Of a DNA stretch of 64,000 nt, positions 1 to 9,873 are shown in pieces. Position numbers and translations under genes: made by a program. Under the pieces are notes generated by a model. The model ran no database searches. It was given only the letters and a program-made list of their open reading frames with translations, and was not told the DNA's origin. This DNA is from Armatimonadota bacterium (GTDB lineage: Bacteria; Armatimonadota; HRBIN16): the NCBI GenBank assembly GCA_963677485.1, contig OY781964.1:1088001-1152000 (forward strand), in the 5' to 3' direction. Positions within the stretch are counted from its first letter, which is position 1, and each line of letters opens with the position of its first letter.

Positions 1-207
1 TTGAGATGTGACCATGACACCTACTACCGGTGTATAGTGACGAATATCACCTGGGATGGCCACGAATTGCTGGACACCATCCGCGATGACGGTGTTTGGA
101 AGAAGACGAAGGAGCGGCTGGCACCGGTGGGGTCGGTGGGCATTGAGGTGCTGAAGGCTGTGGCGGTGAGTGTGGCAAAGGGGATGCTAGGGCTGGGGGG
201 AGGTTAG
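1..207 (+). CDS. DUF2513-like protein, 3' part (runs off the window start)
   Basis: ITWDGHELLDTIRDDGVWKKTK matches the LTWxGHEFLDxIRxxxVW pattern of DUF2513. Confidence 0.7.
   Translation: MRCDHDTYYRCIVTNITWDGHELLDTIRDDGVWKKTKERLAPVGSVGIEVLKAVAVSVAKGMLGLGGG
140..198 (+). repeat. 59-bp direct repeat, copy 1 (3' end of the DUF2513 gene)
   Basis: gcattgaggtg...gggatgctagggctgggg recurs at 2362-2420 with 3 mismatches. Confidence 0.9.
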
Positions 208-470
208 GGAGGAGTCAGGAGAGCAGGAGATAGGAGTTAGGAGGGGTGAGGAGCGGCTCTGAACAGTTATCCGGCCGTTTTGATATCTCTGTAAGAACAC
301 GAGCAAGTTTAGCAGTTGACTTTAGGAAACAATATGTGCATAATTTAAACATACTACCGGTAGCGCATGTCTATCGTTCATAGTCATGTGCCGGCATTAT
401 CTTGCATCGTGCAAGATATTTTGATTTACGGCTGCAAATAGATTGTTGCAGCGAAAAGAAGGACACAACA

Positions 471-773
471 ATGTGCACCATTCTTGAAGCCGACCACATC
501 TTAGCCATTATTTTCAAAGCAGGATCCGATACTGTATCTATTGATCAGTTAAAGACCTTGCGTCGAAAAATAGAAGGCAGTTGTACTGGCCTGTTTCTGG
601 ATATCGATACTGATTCACTAATGTATGCAGTCGAAAAGTGGTCTGACTATTTCGAATGGCATGACGATGGCAGTGATTGCTTCATTAAACGCCGCAAAAT
701 GATTACATCTGACGACATGAAAACAAATTGGTATAAGGAAATTCCGAAACCATTTGCTGAAGTTTTGCAGTGA
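471..773 (+). CDS. small hypothetical protein (100 aa) upstream of the HD protein
   Basis: ATG at 471 after AAGGA; AT-rich ORF; stop is 18 nt before the HD gene start. Confidence 0.65.
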   Translation: MCTILEADHILAIIFKAGSDTVSIDQLKTLRRKIEGSCTGLFLDIDTDSLMYAVEKWSDYFEWHDDGSDCFIKRRKMITSDDMKTNWYKEIPKPFAEVLQ

Positions 774-791
774 TTACAAGCTGCTTCCGAA

Positions 792-2220
792 ATGTCGACC
801 CAAGATAAAATCCTGCGCGACTCGGTACATGGATACATCCATGTACCGAGTCGATTTTTGTCGTGAGTTTATTGATACCCCAATATTCCAGCGACTGCGG
901 TATATCGAGCAGACTTCAATGCGATGCCTTTTCCCATCTGCCCGGCACGATCGATTTATCCATTCGCTAGGCGTTTACCATCTGGGTAAACAGGCCGTGC
1001 ATAATCTTCTGAATAATTCATCTGATTCCCTCAACCAGATAGGCATAAGTCAAGATGCAATCGATAATACTACTCGATCATTTGAAATGGCGTGCCTGCT
1101 CCATGACTGCGCTCATGCGCCATTCTCCCATACGTTCGAGCGATATTACAAAGCCTCAATACTGGAATATGAACTTGCTCAGTTGATGGCACCAGGCTAC
1201 GATGATGATTATAAAAATGTGACACCTGCTACACATGAACTCGCAAGTGCGATCATTGCTATTAGGGAATATGGAGAGGCGATCATCCGGCTCGGTGGAG
1301 AGCCAGAGCTGGTCGCCCGTATGATCATCGGATGCAGTTTCAAAGGGGAAAGAGGAAAAACACCTGAAAACCAGTTTAACAATGCTCTTATCGCATTACT
1401 AAACGGCAAGGCTATTGATGTAGATAAGCTGGATTACATAATACGCGACACATGGGCATCGGGAGTGAAAAACTTCGCAATTGATGTCGACCGTTTATTA
1501 TCATCGGTTGTATTGTGCCGGGAAATATCGAAAAGCCGATATATCATAGGATTCACTGAGACAGCTATCAGCGTCATACAAAGTGTTGTAGATGCCAGGA
1601 ACTATCTGTTCAAGTGGATATATGCCCACCATAAAGTAAAGTACACAAACTTCCTTATGGAGCAATCTGTCTCCAATATGGCCAAAAGACTAGATAAAGA
1701 CACCAATCCCGATGAATGCCTAGCCAAGGTGTTCAACATACAGAATCTTTATAATCCGATGGAAGTTGCTGGTCATAAGCTTTACCTGGTTTCTGATCCT
1801 GATATCGTTCATTATGTAAAGAATACAATGGAGTATACAAGCGATGATCCCGGTTACGAATGGTTGACACGGCAATATCAACGGATCGCAATCTGGAAAT
1901 CTAAAGAGGCATTTTATGATATCTTTAGCCACCCATCTTCGCTGGAGTGTAATCAGATGGCGTCGCAGTTTGTCACTGTTCAACAACAATTCGAATTAAC
2001 CGACAGTGACCTGTTGAAGATCGATGTCAAGGCTAAGGAAATACTAATCGAACGAAATGCCATCTATGTTCATATCAACGACAAGGATGTTCCATATAAT
2101 GAACTATTTTCTGGCAGTTCGACTGGTATTCTCGACGAATTCTTCTACGTGTACAAACACCGAAATTGCAGGATTGATGACGACAGCATAGTCGATGCGT
2201 TATCTGATTTCAAAAACTGA
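792..2220 (+). pseudogene. HD-domain phosphohydrolase of the SAMHD1/YwfO-like dNTP triphosphohydrolase type, with a +1 frameshift at about 855-859
   Basis: Motifs FQRLRYIEQ, RHDRFIHSLG, LLHDCAHAPFSH and DVDKLDYIIRD are in the long frame. The conserved N-terminus MSTQDKILRDSVHGYI is in another frame (792-866) and joins at a TTTTT run. Confidence 0.8.
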
Positions 2221-2361
2221 CATCATCGATTGTTTGACCAATATTTATTACAAAGACAGATTCAATGGGTTTGCGAGTCGCAGCAATAGCGCAACCACCA
2301 TATGTCATCTATCAAGTGATCCTCTACCAACTACGTCCAATGGCCATACCACCTTCGGAGA

Positions 2362-2420
2362 GCATTGAGGTGTTGAAGGTCGTGGCGGTGAGTGTGGCAA
2401 AGGGGATGCTAGGGCTGGGG
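2362..2420 (+). repeat. 59-bp direct repeat, copy 2 (orphan DUF2513 3' end)
   Basis: 56/59 identical to 140-198. Confidence 0.9.
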
Positions 2421-2757
2421 TGAAGGGCTATCTCACGCGACACCACAGGTGACGACGCGGAGGGCGCAGAGGTAGGGACATGGCGTGCCGTGTCCATGGT
2501 GTCGCGCAGGGGCACCCCCCTGTGGGTGCCCTTGTTCGGGGCAAGTATGGGGGCACTGTCCCTACACGTCAGACCGCCCCGAACATAGCCAAATGGTGCA
2601 TCTGTAACAGGCTGACCGCCAGACCGCGCCGGAAATGGGCTGCATGGCGACTGCTAGCTTACTGAGAAACCGGCGCGGTCATTACCCCTCTGCGCACTCC
2701 GCGTCTCCGCGTGAGAAAGTTCCCTCCATGCCACCCGATCTGCTTCCGTCTCAGAAG

Positions 2758-3291
2758 CTAGTGGTATTTCACGACTTCAGCTAGCGGTTTCCTGACCCGC
2801 GCATCGCGGGCTGGTTTTGTGTATGCCTCGAAGTCGACCACTTCACCTAGCGCAATGCAGCACATTGGGACGTATTTATCTTCAATTTCCAGCCACTTTT
2901 TCAGGGCTGCTTCATCCCATCCCCCCATGGGGCAACTGGCTAACTGCTGCGCGGTGGCTGCAATCATCAGGTTCTGGGCCGCTAGCCCGGCATCGAAGTA
3001 CATCGTGCGTTCATTTTCAGGCTGACCCTCGACTTCGTGTTTCACAGCGCAAACTACCACCACCGCTCCGCATTCGGCCGTCCATGCGTTACCGGGGGCA
3101 GCGATGTTTTGCCCGAAATACTGCAGGTTCTCGCGACCGGTAATGACCCAGAATTTCCATGGTTGATGGTTCCACGATGATGGCGCCAAGTGAGCGGCCT
3201 GTATCAGCGGACGTAAATGGTCACGGCTAAGCGGCTCCGAGACGATCTGCCTTACTGCGGCACGCTTGGAAATCACATTCACTATATCCAT
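2758..3291 (-). CDS. nitroreductase family protein
   Basis: APSSWNHQPWKF and DAGLAAQNLMIAATAQQLASCPMGG motifs; ATG at 3291 with GGAGG. Confidence 0.9.
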   Translation of the reverse strand: MDIVNVISKRAAVRQIVSEPLSRDHLRPLIQAAHLAPSSWNHQPWKFWVITGRENLQYFGQNIAAPGNAWTAECGAVVVVCAVKHEVEGQPENERTMYFDAGLAAQNLMIAATAQQLASCPMGGWDEAALKKWLEIEDKYVPMCCIALGEVVDFEAYTKPARDARVRKPLAEVVKYH

Positions 3292-3455
3292 TGCCTTGCC
3301 TCCTGTGTGGGTTCGGTATCTGGCTTGATTATGGCATATATTGTATGGCATTCGGTTGCCATAGGCGCACAAATAATACCTAATACGAGTGAAAAGATGC
3401 ATTACCGCTAAGTGTTGTGGTGCAGCTGGTGACGATGTAGAGTGATCTATTCAGG

Positions 3456-3938
3456 CTAGCGATTTTTGAGGCAGGGGCGAGAGATCAGGCCGTTCTTCTT
3501 ATCATAGATCCAGCCTCCGCACATGCCGGTTCCCTCGCAGGCTCGGCAAGGTATTATATAGCCACGCCCATCTGGCAACTTACCTTTACCACCGCACATG
3601 GAACAGGTACCTGTGCCATGACAGCATGGGGGGTCTTTACGTGAAAATCTTAGCTTGCCAGTGCCTTTGCACAGCTTACATTGGATACTGGTTATTGAAT
3701 TACCACCGGCGTCTTGTGTATACCCTTTACCATCGCATTTTGGACATGTGATCTCAATGTTAGCAGCCGTTCTTTCCTTAGCCCGTTCTGAAGTGAAGGA
3801 CGTAAAGCTATGTCCGGGCGAACCAATGATATCTTCACCCCGATTCACACCCATCACCATCAAAGAAAGAAGCAGGGTGACCAGTACGCAGAACAATACC
3901 ATTATTTTAGGAGATACGCGTCTAGGCCGTTGATCCAT
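3456..3938 (-). CDS. membrane-anchored protein with DnaJ-type CxxCxGxG zinc-finger repeats, no J domain
   Basis: N-terminal hydrophobic helix; CPKCDGKG, CKLCKGTG, CSMCGGKG, CRACEGTG. Confidence 0.7.
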   Translation of the reverse strand: MDQRPRRVSPKIMVLFCVLVTLLLSLMVMGVNRGEDIIGSPGHSFTSFTSERAKERTAANIEITCPKCDGKGYTQDAGGNSITSIQCKLCKGTGKLRFSRKDPPCCHGTGTCSMCGGKGKLPDGRGYIIPCRACEGTGMCGGWIYDKKNGLISRPCLKNR

Positions 3939-4153
3939 ATGATTTGTCCACGAAAAAAGTATAGATAAAGTCAACGGGCAGACGACATCCTGGTGATGCA
4001 TCCATCCCGTGTGATTATTTTACCCCAATTTTTCGCACAATCGTGTTAAAAGTTACCAATAGACGGGTATTTTCTATTATTTCGTTCATATCCATAGAAA
4101 TTTAACGTTTCCCGATTATGAATATTAAACCATACCCCTCGATGGGCATACTC

Positions 4154-4996
4154 CTACACACCCGAATAGCTGCTGAATCCACCATCGATGGCGACCATGC
4201 TGCCGGTCACGAACCGCGAGGCATCAGTCAACAGCCAGTGAATCGCACCCCAAAGATCGGCACTCTCCCCAAAACGTGCCATCGGGGTATGAGCGATCAC
4301 CTTCTGACCACGCGGGCTGTATTCACCCGTCACCGCATCGGTCAGCAGGAACCTGTTCTGTTCGGTGATGAAAAAACCAGGCGAAATGGCGTTGACCCTG
4401 ACGCCCACAGGAGCTAGATGAACAGCCATCCATTGGGTGAGGTTCAGCACCGCCGATTTCGCGGCGGAGTAAGCAGGTATCTTGGTGAGCGGGCGAATAG
4501 CGTTCATACTGGCAATATTCACAATGCTGCCGGCATGCTGCTTCACCATCACCTGGCTGAACACTTGCGATGGTAGCAGTGTGCCCACCAGGTTAAGATC
4601 AAAAACCTGACCAAACGCCTCTTGCGGCAGTTGAAAGAAGCTGTTATCCGCCATCAAATCATCAACACTGGCCGTCTCGCTGGGCGTGGTGGCTTTGGGG
4701 TTGTTCCCGCCAGCGGCGTTGATCAGCCCATCAAGCTTTCCATACCGTTGCATAATGGTCTCGCGGCAACTCTCAAGCACGGATCGGTCCAGCACGTTGC
4801 AGCTCAGGGCAACCGCCTTCCCGCCTTCATCGCAGATGCTGCTGGCGAGTGCCTGGGCATTATCTACCATCCTGTCCAGAATGATCACTGTGGCCCCGTT
4901 CTGAGCCAAGTATCGGCATGTGGGGCCAAACAGCCCCCCGCTGCCACCGGTCACAGCCACCACACTATTATCTAAACTAAATATCTTCTGACTCAT
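4154..4996 (-). CDS. SDR oxidoreductase, probable D-mannonate/fructuronate oxidoreductase
   Basis: TGGSGGL, NAAGGN, YSAAK and AISPGFF motifs; overlaps the uxaE stop (ATGA). Confidence 0.8.
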   Translation of the reverse strand: MSQKIFSLDNSVVAVTGGSGGLFGPTCRYLAQNGATVIILDRMVDNAQALASSICDEGGKAVALSCNVLDRSVLESCRETIMQRYGKLDGLINAAGGNNPKATTPSETASVDDLMADNSFFQLPQEAFGQVFDLNLVGTLLPSQVFSQVMVKQHAGSIVNIASMNAIRPLTKIPAYSAAKSAVLNLTQWMAVHLAPVGVRVNAISPGFFITEQNRFLLTDAVTGEYSPRGQKVIAHTPMARFGESADLWGAIHWLLTDASRFVTGSMVAIDGGFSSYSGV

Positions 4997-6456
4997 TTCT
5001 GATCTCCTCCAAATACCGATAGAAGGTGCTTGGTGATGTGGTCTCTCACCAACACATAATGCAGCTCCTCGTTCGCATTCAATGCCGCCATGATCTGTTC
5101 GCCATACGTATCCAAAAGCACACCGTATGAGATATGCAGTAGTTGCCTTACATCCAGGCGTGTGAAGAAGCTGACGGGGTCACCTGCGGGCACCGTATCG
5201 GGGAACTGCTCCGGTACGATGGCCACCACATAGGACTTCTTGCTTTCCGGCAGACTAGACAGGCTCTTTTCATACAGCTTGTTGAACAATTCAGGCTGAG
5301 AGACCGCAATCATCTTCACGGCTTGCAGCCAGCTTGTGCCGCTGGTTTTAAGGTGGAAATGCCCATCGGCAATCTCTCGGAACTTACCGTAGATGCTGAA
5401 TTTATCGCTACCGGAGTGCAGGCTTAACCGGTATCCGCCAATCAGCCGCGCGACCTCTGCATGAAGGCTTAGGTTCTCACTAAATTCGTCCATATCGCCA
5501 ACATAATCGACACCTTTTTGGAAGGCACCGGGGAATTTCGGGGCCAGTGAGGTGAACCCCACGCCCTGCCTGTGCAGATATTCCGCCACATACACGTGGT
5601 CTTCAATGGTCGTCTGACGGGCACCCTCGTCGATGCTGATTTCAAGGTCGTATTTCGGAATGCTGGAGCCAATGATCTGGGCAAAGTGATTAACTTGTTG
5701 TATCGCCTTTTCATAGATGAGAGCCGACTTCGTGAGCTCGTCTGCTGTGAGCTGATATTCATAACCCTGCGGGCTCTTAACGATCTGGCCGGTAAAGTAG
5801 CTGACAATACTCTGGCTTATCGGCGTTAATAGCTCAAAACAGGCCGCCAGGCCTTCTTCGCAAAGGCTGGTGATGTCTTGAAGCCAGTCACCGCAGTCGA
5901 TGGTGTACATGCTGTAACCCGCATCGATGGCGGCGCGCAGATTGTCTTCATCTTTAATATGATCTGCATCTGCCCCAAAAGGCCCTTCATAGCCTGTCTC
6001 AAGAAGCCCCATGACCGCGTCAAGTAATACGGACTCAAAAGTGCGATGGCACTTCTCCAGCTCACGAGGCGACTGCTGCGCCACCACTGGAAATGCCGGA
6101 TAGTCGACCAGAGCTGATATATGGGCCGCAGTGACCATTCCCAGCCGGTCACCACATCCGAAGCTCATGGGCAGATGACACGGTTTGGGGGTAACATCGG
6201 CCATAGCCTGTAGACGCTCGTAGTTCGCCCAATGCCACGGGTATAAGTTGGCGGTCAAGCTCACGGTGACTTGCACATCATCTTCGAACAACGGATCGAG
6301 TAGCTTGAAACGGCCATTACCTGACACGATACCAACATACTTCTGACAATTTCGTTTAGCAATGAACAGGCCAGAGCCATCACATAATGGTATGCATGAT
6401 TTTGGATAGACGCTAAATCCTAATCCCTCCATCACTGGAATGATATACTGTGTCAA
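4993..6456 (-). CDS. uxaE: tagaturonate/fructuronate epimerase
   Basis: SFGCGDRLG, QQSPREL, GADADH, QKGVDY, SLHSGSDKF and HLKTSGTSWL motifs; probable TTG start at 6456 after GAGGAGG. Confidence 0.85.
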   Translation of the reverse strand: MTQYIIPVMEGLGFSVYPKSCIPLCDGSGLFIAKRNCQKYVGIVSGNGRFKLLDPLFEDDVQVTVSLTANLYPWHWANYERLQAMADVTPKPCHLPMSFGCGDRLGMVTAAHISALVDYPAFPVVAQQSPRELEKCHRTFESVLLDAVMGLLETGYEGPFGADADHIKDEDNLRAAIDAGYSMYTIDCGDWLQDITSLCEEGLAACFELLTPISQSIVSYFTGQIVKSPQGYEYQLTADELTKSALIYEKAIQQVNHFAQIIGSSIPKYDLEISIDEGARQTTIEDHVYVAEYLHRQGVGFTSLAPKFPGAFQKGVDYVGDMDEFSENLSLHAEVARLIGGYRLSLHSGSDKFSIYGKFREIADGHFHLKTSGTSWLQAVKMIAVSQPELFNKLYEKSLSSLPESKKSYVVAIVPEQFPDTVPAGDPVSFFTRLDVRQLLHISYGVLLDTYGEQIMAALNANEELHYVLVRDHITKHLLSVFGGDQK

Positions 6457-6683
6457 GTTAATCCCATCCTCCTCAGGCAATGAATCGTATATACCGGTTG
6501 CTTGGCGGCCATAGTGCGACCAGAACACCGTATCTCACGCGACTGCCTCTGTTGATAAGTATAACGCCGATCTGCTATAAACCACCACAGCCAAAGCACT
6601 GCATCACAGGCACATAACAACGGAAAGAGGGCAGACCGTCTCCAGTCTGCCCTCCTCATAGAAGCTCTCCTGCTGTGCAGAAG

Positions 6684-7673
6684 TTACTTCATCACGGTCA
6701 AGCCAACGAACAGGCTGTGCCCACGACCAAGCAGGTCTTGAGCGGTTGGGATCGCACCATCCGAGTAGTCCAACTGCACGATGCCGTTGCGGGTGATCCA
6801 GTTCATATGGAAGTTAGGGCGCCCATCATGGCTGTTCACAGTTGCATTGATATTGGGTGTAAGCAAATACTTCACACCTGCGATAGTGACGTTGGACTCA
6901 CGCTTCTGGAATACCGAACCGGTGTCCAGAATATCCCACTCCGTCAGGTAGAGCGTTGTTTTAGGGTTACACTGCCAGCTTGCACCGTAGCTGATGCATC
7001 GCTGTAGGAACTTCTCTGTCTGAGTGATGTCCACAGGACCGTGGGTATAGGCTTTGTACATGGTCGCTTCGGTGTCGAACTCCTGGTAGCTGTAATCCAC
7101 ACCCAGTTTGACACCATGCGGCAATCGCTGAGTGACCCCTAGACGTGCGCCTGTATTACTGCGTGTCCAGCCTTTGATAAGGGTGGTAGCCCCACTCGTT
7201 GCGTGCAGTGCGGTGTTATCTTTAGGTATGATACTCAGACCCACGGCGGTATTTCCAAAGCGTTGTGCATAGGAGAGTTCATACGCCTCGCCGTCAAGCT
7301 TTACCGGCAAACCAGGCAGTCCAGCTAATGGATGCATATTGCTCTCGAAACTCTTTCGGGCAATCCGAGCTACACCTGGGCCAACATCCACCAATACAGA
7401 CTGTGTATTCGTGTCTACATTAAACCCGCCAAATTCAAATGTGCCGTTGTAGAATTCAATGGCGGTCTGCTTTCCACGGTCCTTCAAAACCACAGTTTGC
7501 GCTGCGTATTTTGAGAGAGTGTCGGCGGTGGTCTCACTACCGCTTGTTGATATCCATCCGAATGCCATATTTCCAAGTTTTGTTAATGCCGTAGGAGATG
7601 GGGCAGCGTAAATAGCAGCCGGAGCTAATATAACTATGCCAAGGAGAAGAGATAAGAAGGGGCGTCGTGTCAT
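6684..7673 (-). CDS. exported hypothetical protein, possibly an outer-membrane beta-barrel
   Basis: Signal peptide (MTRRPFLSLLLGIVILAPAAIYA); alternating beta-strand patterns such as GVKLGVDYSY. Confidence 0.55.
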   Translation of the reverse strand: MTRRPFLSLLLGIVILAPAAIYAAPSPTALTKLGNMAFGWISTSGSETTADTLSKYAAQTVVLKDRGKQTAIEFYNGTFEFGGFNVDTNTQSVLVDVGPGVARIARKSFESNMHPLAGLPGLPVKLDGEAYELSYAQRFGNTAVGLSIIPKDNTALHATSGATTLIKGWTRSNTGARLGVTQRLPHGVKLGVDYSYQEFDTEATMYKAYTHGPVDITQTEKFLQRCISYGASWQCNPKTTLYLTEWDILDTGSVFQKRESNVTIAGVKYLLTPNINATVNSHDGRPNFHMNWITRNGIVQLDYSDGAIPTAQDLLGRGHSLFVGLTVMK

Positions 7674-7807
7674 GGGGTGTCCTTTCAAAATCGACAGATA
7701 ATTCGTCACCATTTTGACACTCTACCAGCAACACATAGCTCATAGATAGTGATTTTTAACTAATACATCAATTTATGCAATTAGAACATTCGACTGCATA
7801 TGTACAA

Positions 7808-7848
7808 ATACCAGTAAAATGACACATATACTGTCATTTTACTGGTAT
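7808..7848. repeat. perfect 17-bp inverted repeat with 7-nt loop (terminator or operator)
   Basis: ataccagtaaaatgaca-catatac-tgtcattttactggtat, lying between hemH and the next gene. Confidence 0.7.
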
Positions 7849-7888
7849 GATACACGGTGCTGTTCAACTGATGGTTCAATTATTGCAA

Positions 7889-8788
7889 CTACACCGATAT
7901 TTTGGCGGATACCAAGCCCATCAAGGCATTAAGGAAATCGGGCGATGCATTTAGTGAAGCTGTACGAAGGTATTTAAGACCCAACTCCTCAGCACATGAG
8001 CGTGCCTCTATATCAAGGTCGTATAAAACCTCAAGATGGTCACAAACAAACCCGATGGGGCAAACCACCACGCAGTTGACACCTTGCTCATCGGCCATCT
8101 CGGTGATCACTTCCGTCACCGACGGCCCAATCCACGGTTCATTGGTTCTGGCGGCACTTTGCCACGCCACTGTGTAGTCGGTAATGCCGCAGAGTTGTGC
8201 CACCGCGTCTGCAGATGCTTGAACCTGCTCTTCATAACTGTCGTGCCAGCTTCGGATCCGCGCAGGAAGACTGTGAGCACTGAATATCACCATGGTTTCA
8301 TCGGCCACCAGACCGAACATCGCATCCTTCACGCGACTGGCGACGGCGTCCAGAAACACAGGGTCATCCCCCCACTGCGGAATCGAGGTCAGTTCAATGC
8401 CCTGTTTCGCTGCAGCCTCCGAGGCACGAACGAAGTAACGGTCAGCACCCAGCCGACAGCTATGGGGCGCGAGGGCGAGGGCGACAGCATGAGTGACGCC
8501 TTCCCTACCCATCTGCTCCACCGTCTCTTCGATGAAGGGGTGCCAATGCAGATAACCCACATGCACCCTGGATGGTCCCACCTTCTGGGAAAGCAACCGC
8601 TGCAGCCCCTCAGCCTGTGACCTGGTGATGGAGGCCAGCGGTGAAGGTCCACCAAGTACCTCATACAGACCAAGCAGCCTGGCGAGGGCCTCCTCCGGTA
8701 GAGGCTGCCCACCGCGGATGTGCTGGTAATACTCCGGTAGATCACTTAACTCTTCAGGCGCACCATGTGCCATCAGTAGGATATCCAT
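7889..8788 (-). CDS. hemH: ferrochelatase (proto- or coproporphyrin)
   Basis: LLMAHGAP, GGPSPL, FSAHSLP, WQS..EPWIGP and PIGFVCDHLEVLYDLD motifs. Confidence 0.95.
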   Translation of the reverse strand: MDILLMAHGAPEELSDLPEYYQHIRGGQPLPEEALARLLGLYEVLGGPSPLASITRSQAEGLQRLLSQKVGPSRVHVGYLHWHPFIEETVEQMGREGVTHAVALALAPHSCRLGADRYFVRASEAAAKQGIELTSIPQWGDDPVFLDAVASRVKDAMFGLVADETMVIFSAHSLPARIRSWHDSYEEQVQASADAVAQLCGITDYTVAWQSAARTNEPWIGPSVTEVITEMADEQGVNCVVVCPIGFVCDHLEVLYDLDIEARSCAEELGLKYLRTASLNASPDFLNALMGLVSAKISV

Positions 8789-8809
8789 GAGCTTCCTCCT
8801 AAAAACAGG

Positions 8810-8838
8810 TATCGGGGTGCCAAAAAGGCACCCCGATC
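8810..8838. terminator. GC-rich hairpin between cydB and hemH
   Basis: atcggggtgcc-aaaaa-ggcaccccgat. Confidence 0.5.
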
Positions 8839-8850
8839 ATTAGTGATGCT

Positions 8851-9873
8851 CTAGTAATGCAGCTCATCGGATACGCTACCCCGAAAAGTCCGGTGTATCC
8901 ATATCGTATAAGCCAGCACGATCGGAAGCATGATAGCAGTGATGATGGTCATCACCTTCAGGGTCAGCTCGGAGCTTGAGGCGTTGGCCGCACTCAAACT
9001 GAACTCAGGATTGTTGACTGCGTAGACCATATTGGGGAAGAGCATCAACCCCATACAGACAAACAGCAGCAAGATACTGAGGCTTGAGCAGGTAAAGGCA
9101 CTGCGCAGATGCTGGTATTTGATAGCGACGCCCACAGCCAGTGTCAGGCCGAACGCCAACACAGGGAATATATACAGCATCGGCGTATCGTGATAGCTAG
9201 CCATCAGAGGGTTGCGAGCTGCGGTGATGCCCACATAGGCGGCCAATAACACCGCAAACAACCCCCATGCTCCCTGAGCACCCGTCAGTATCCGTTTCTT
9301 CAACTCGCCAGTAGTGCGCAGCGAACCGAATAGCCCGGCATGCATCACCATGAAGGCCACACTCACCACACCCGAAAACAGGCCAATCGGGTTGAGCAGT
9401 GTTAGTAGCGTGCCCGTGAAGTCTCCCCCAGCGTTCATGGGGATACCCCACAGCAGATTGCCCGCGGCCACACCAAACAGTAGCGAAGCCAGCAGGCTGC
9501 TGATGCCAAACACCTGTCCCCAGTTGTTCTGCCATTTGGCACTTGGCAACTGGTGGCGGAACTCGATGGAGATCGCACGCATGATCAGCGCGAACAACAC
9601 CAGCATCATAGCCAGATAAAACCCGCTAAACACCGTGGCGTAAACAGGCGGAAATGCGGCGAAAAGAGCTCCACCGGCGGTGATCAACCAGACTTCATTG
9701 CCATCCCAGTAAGGCATGATGGCATTCATCAGGCTGTTGCGCTCTTTTTCGTCCTTCGTGGTGAGCATCCACCAGCCCATACCCAGGTCGAAGCCGTCCA
9801 GCAAGGTGTATCCAGCAATAAGGATGCCGATCAGCCAGAACCAGGTGGATTGCAGAATCGTGGGCTCCATCAT
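8851..9873 (-). CDS. cydB: cytochrome bd ubiquinol oxidase subunit II
   Basis: LDGFDLG, WDGNEVWLITAGGALFAAFP. Confidence 0.95.
   Translation of the reverse strand: MMEPTILQSTWFWLIGILIAGYTLLDGFDLGMGWWMLTTKDEKERNSLMNAIMPYWDGNEVWLITAGGALFAAFPPVYATVFSGFYLAMMLVLFALIMRAISIEFRHQLPSAKWQNNWGQVFGISSLLASLLFGVAAGNLLWGIPMNAGGDFTGTLLTLLNPIGLFSGVVSVAFMVMHAGLFGSLRTTGELKKRILTGAQGAWGLFAVLLAAYVGITAARNPLMASYHDTPMLYIFPVLAFGLTLAVGVAIKYQHLRSAFTCSSLSILLLFVCMGLMLFPNMVYAVNNPEFSLSAANASSSELTLKVMTIITAIMLPIVLAYTIWIHRTFRGSVSDELHY

Noticed and set aside
754-791. ORF-track start of the HD protein (MLKFCSDY...)
   Set aside because: The true N-terminal motif starts at ATG 792 in another frame.
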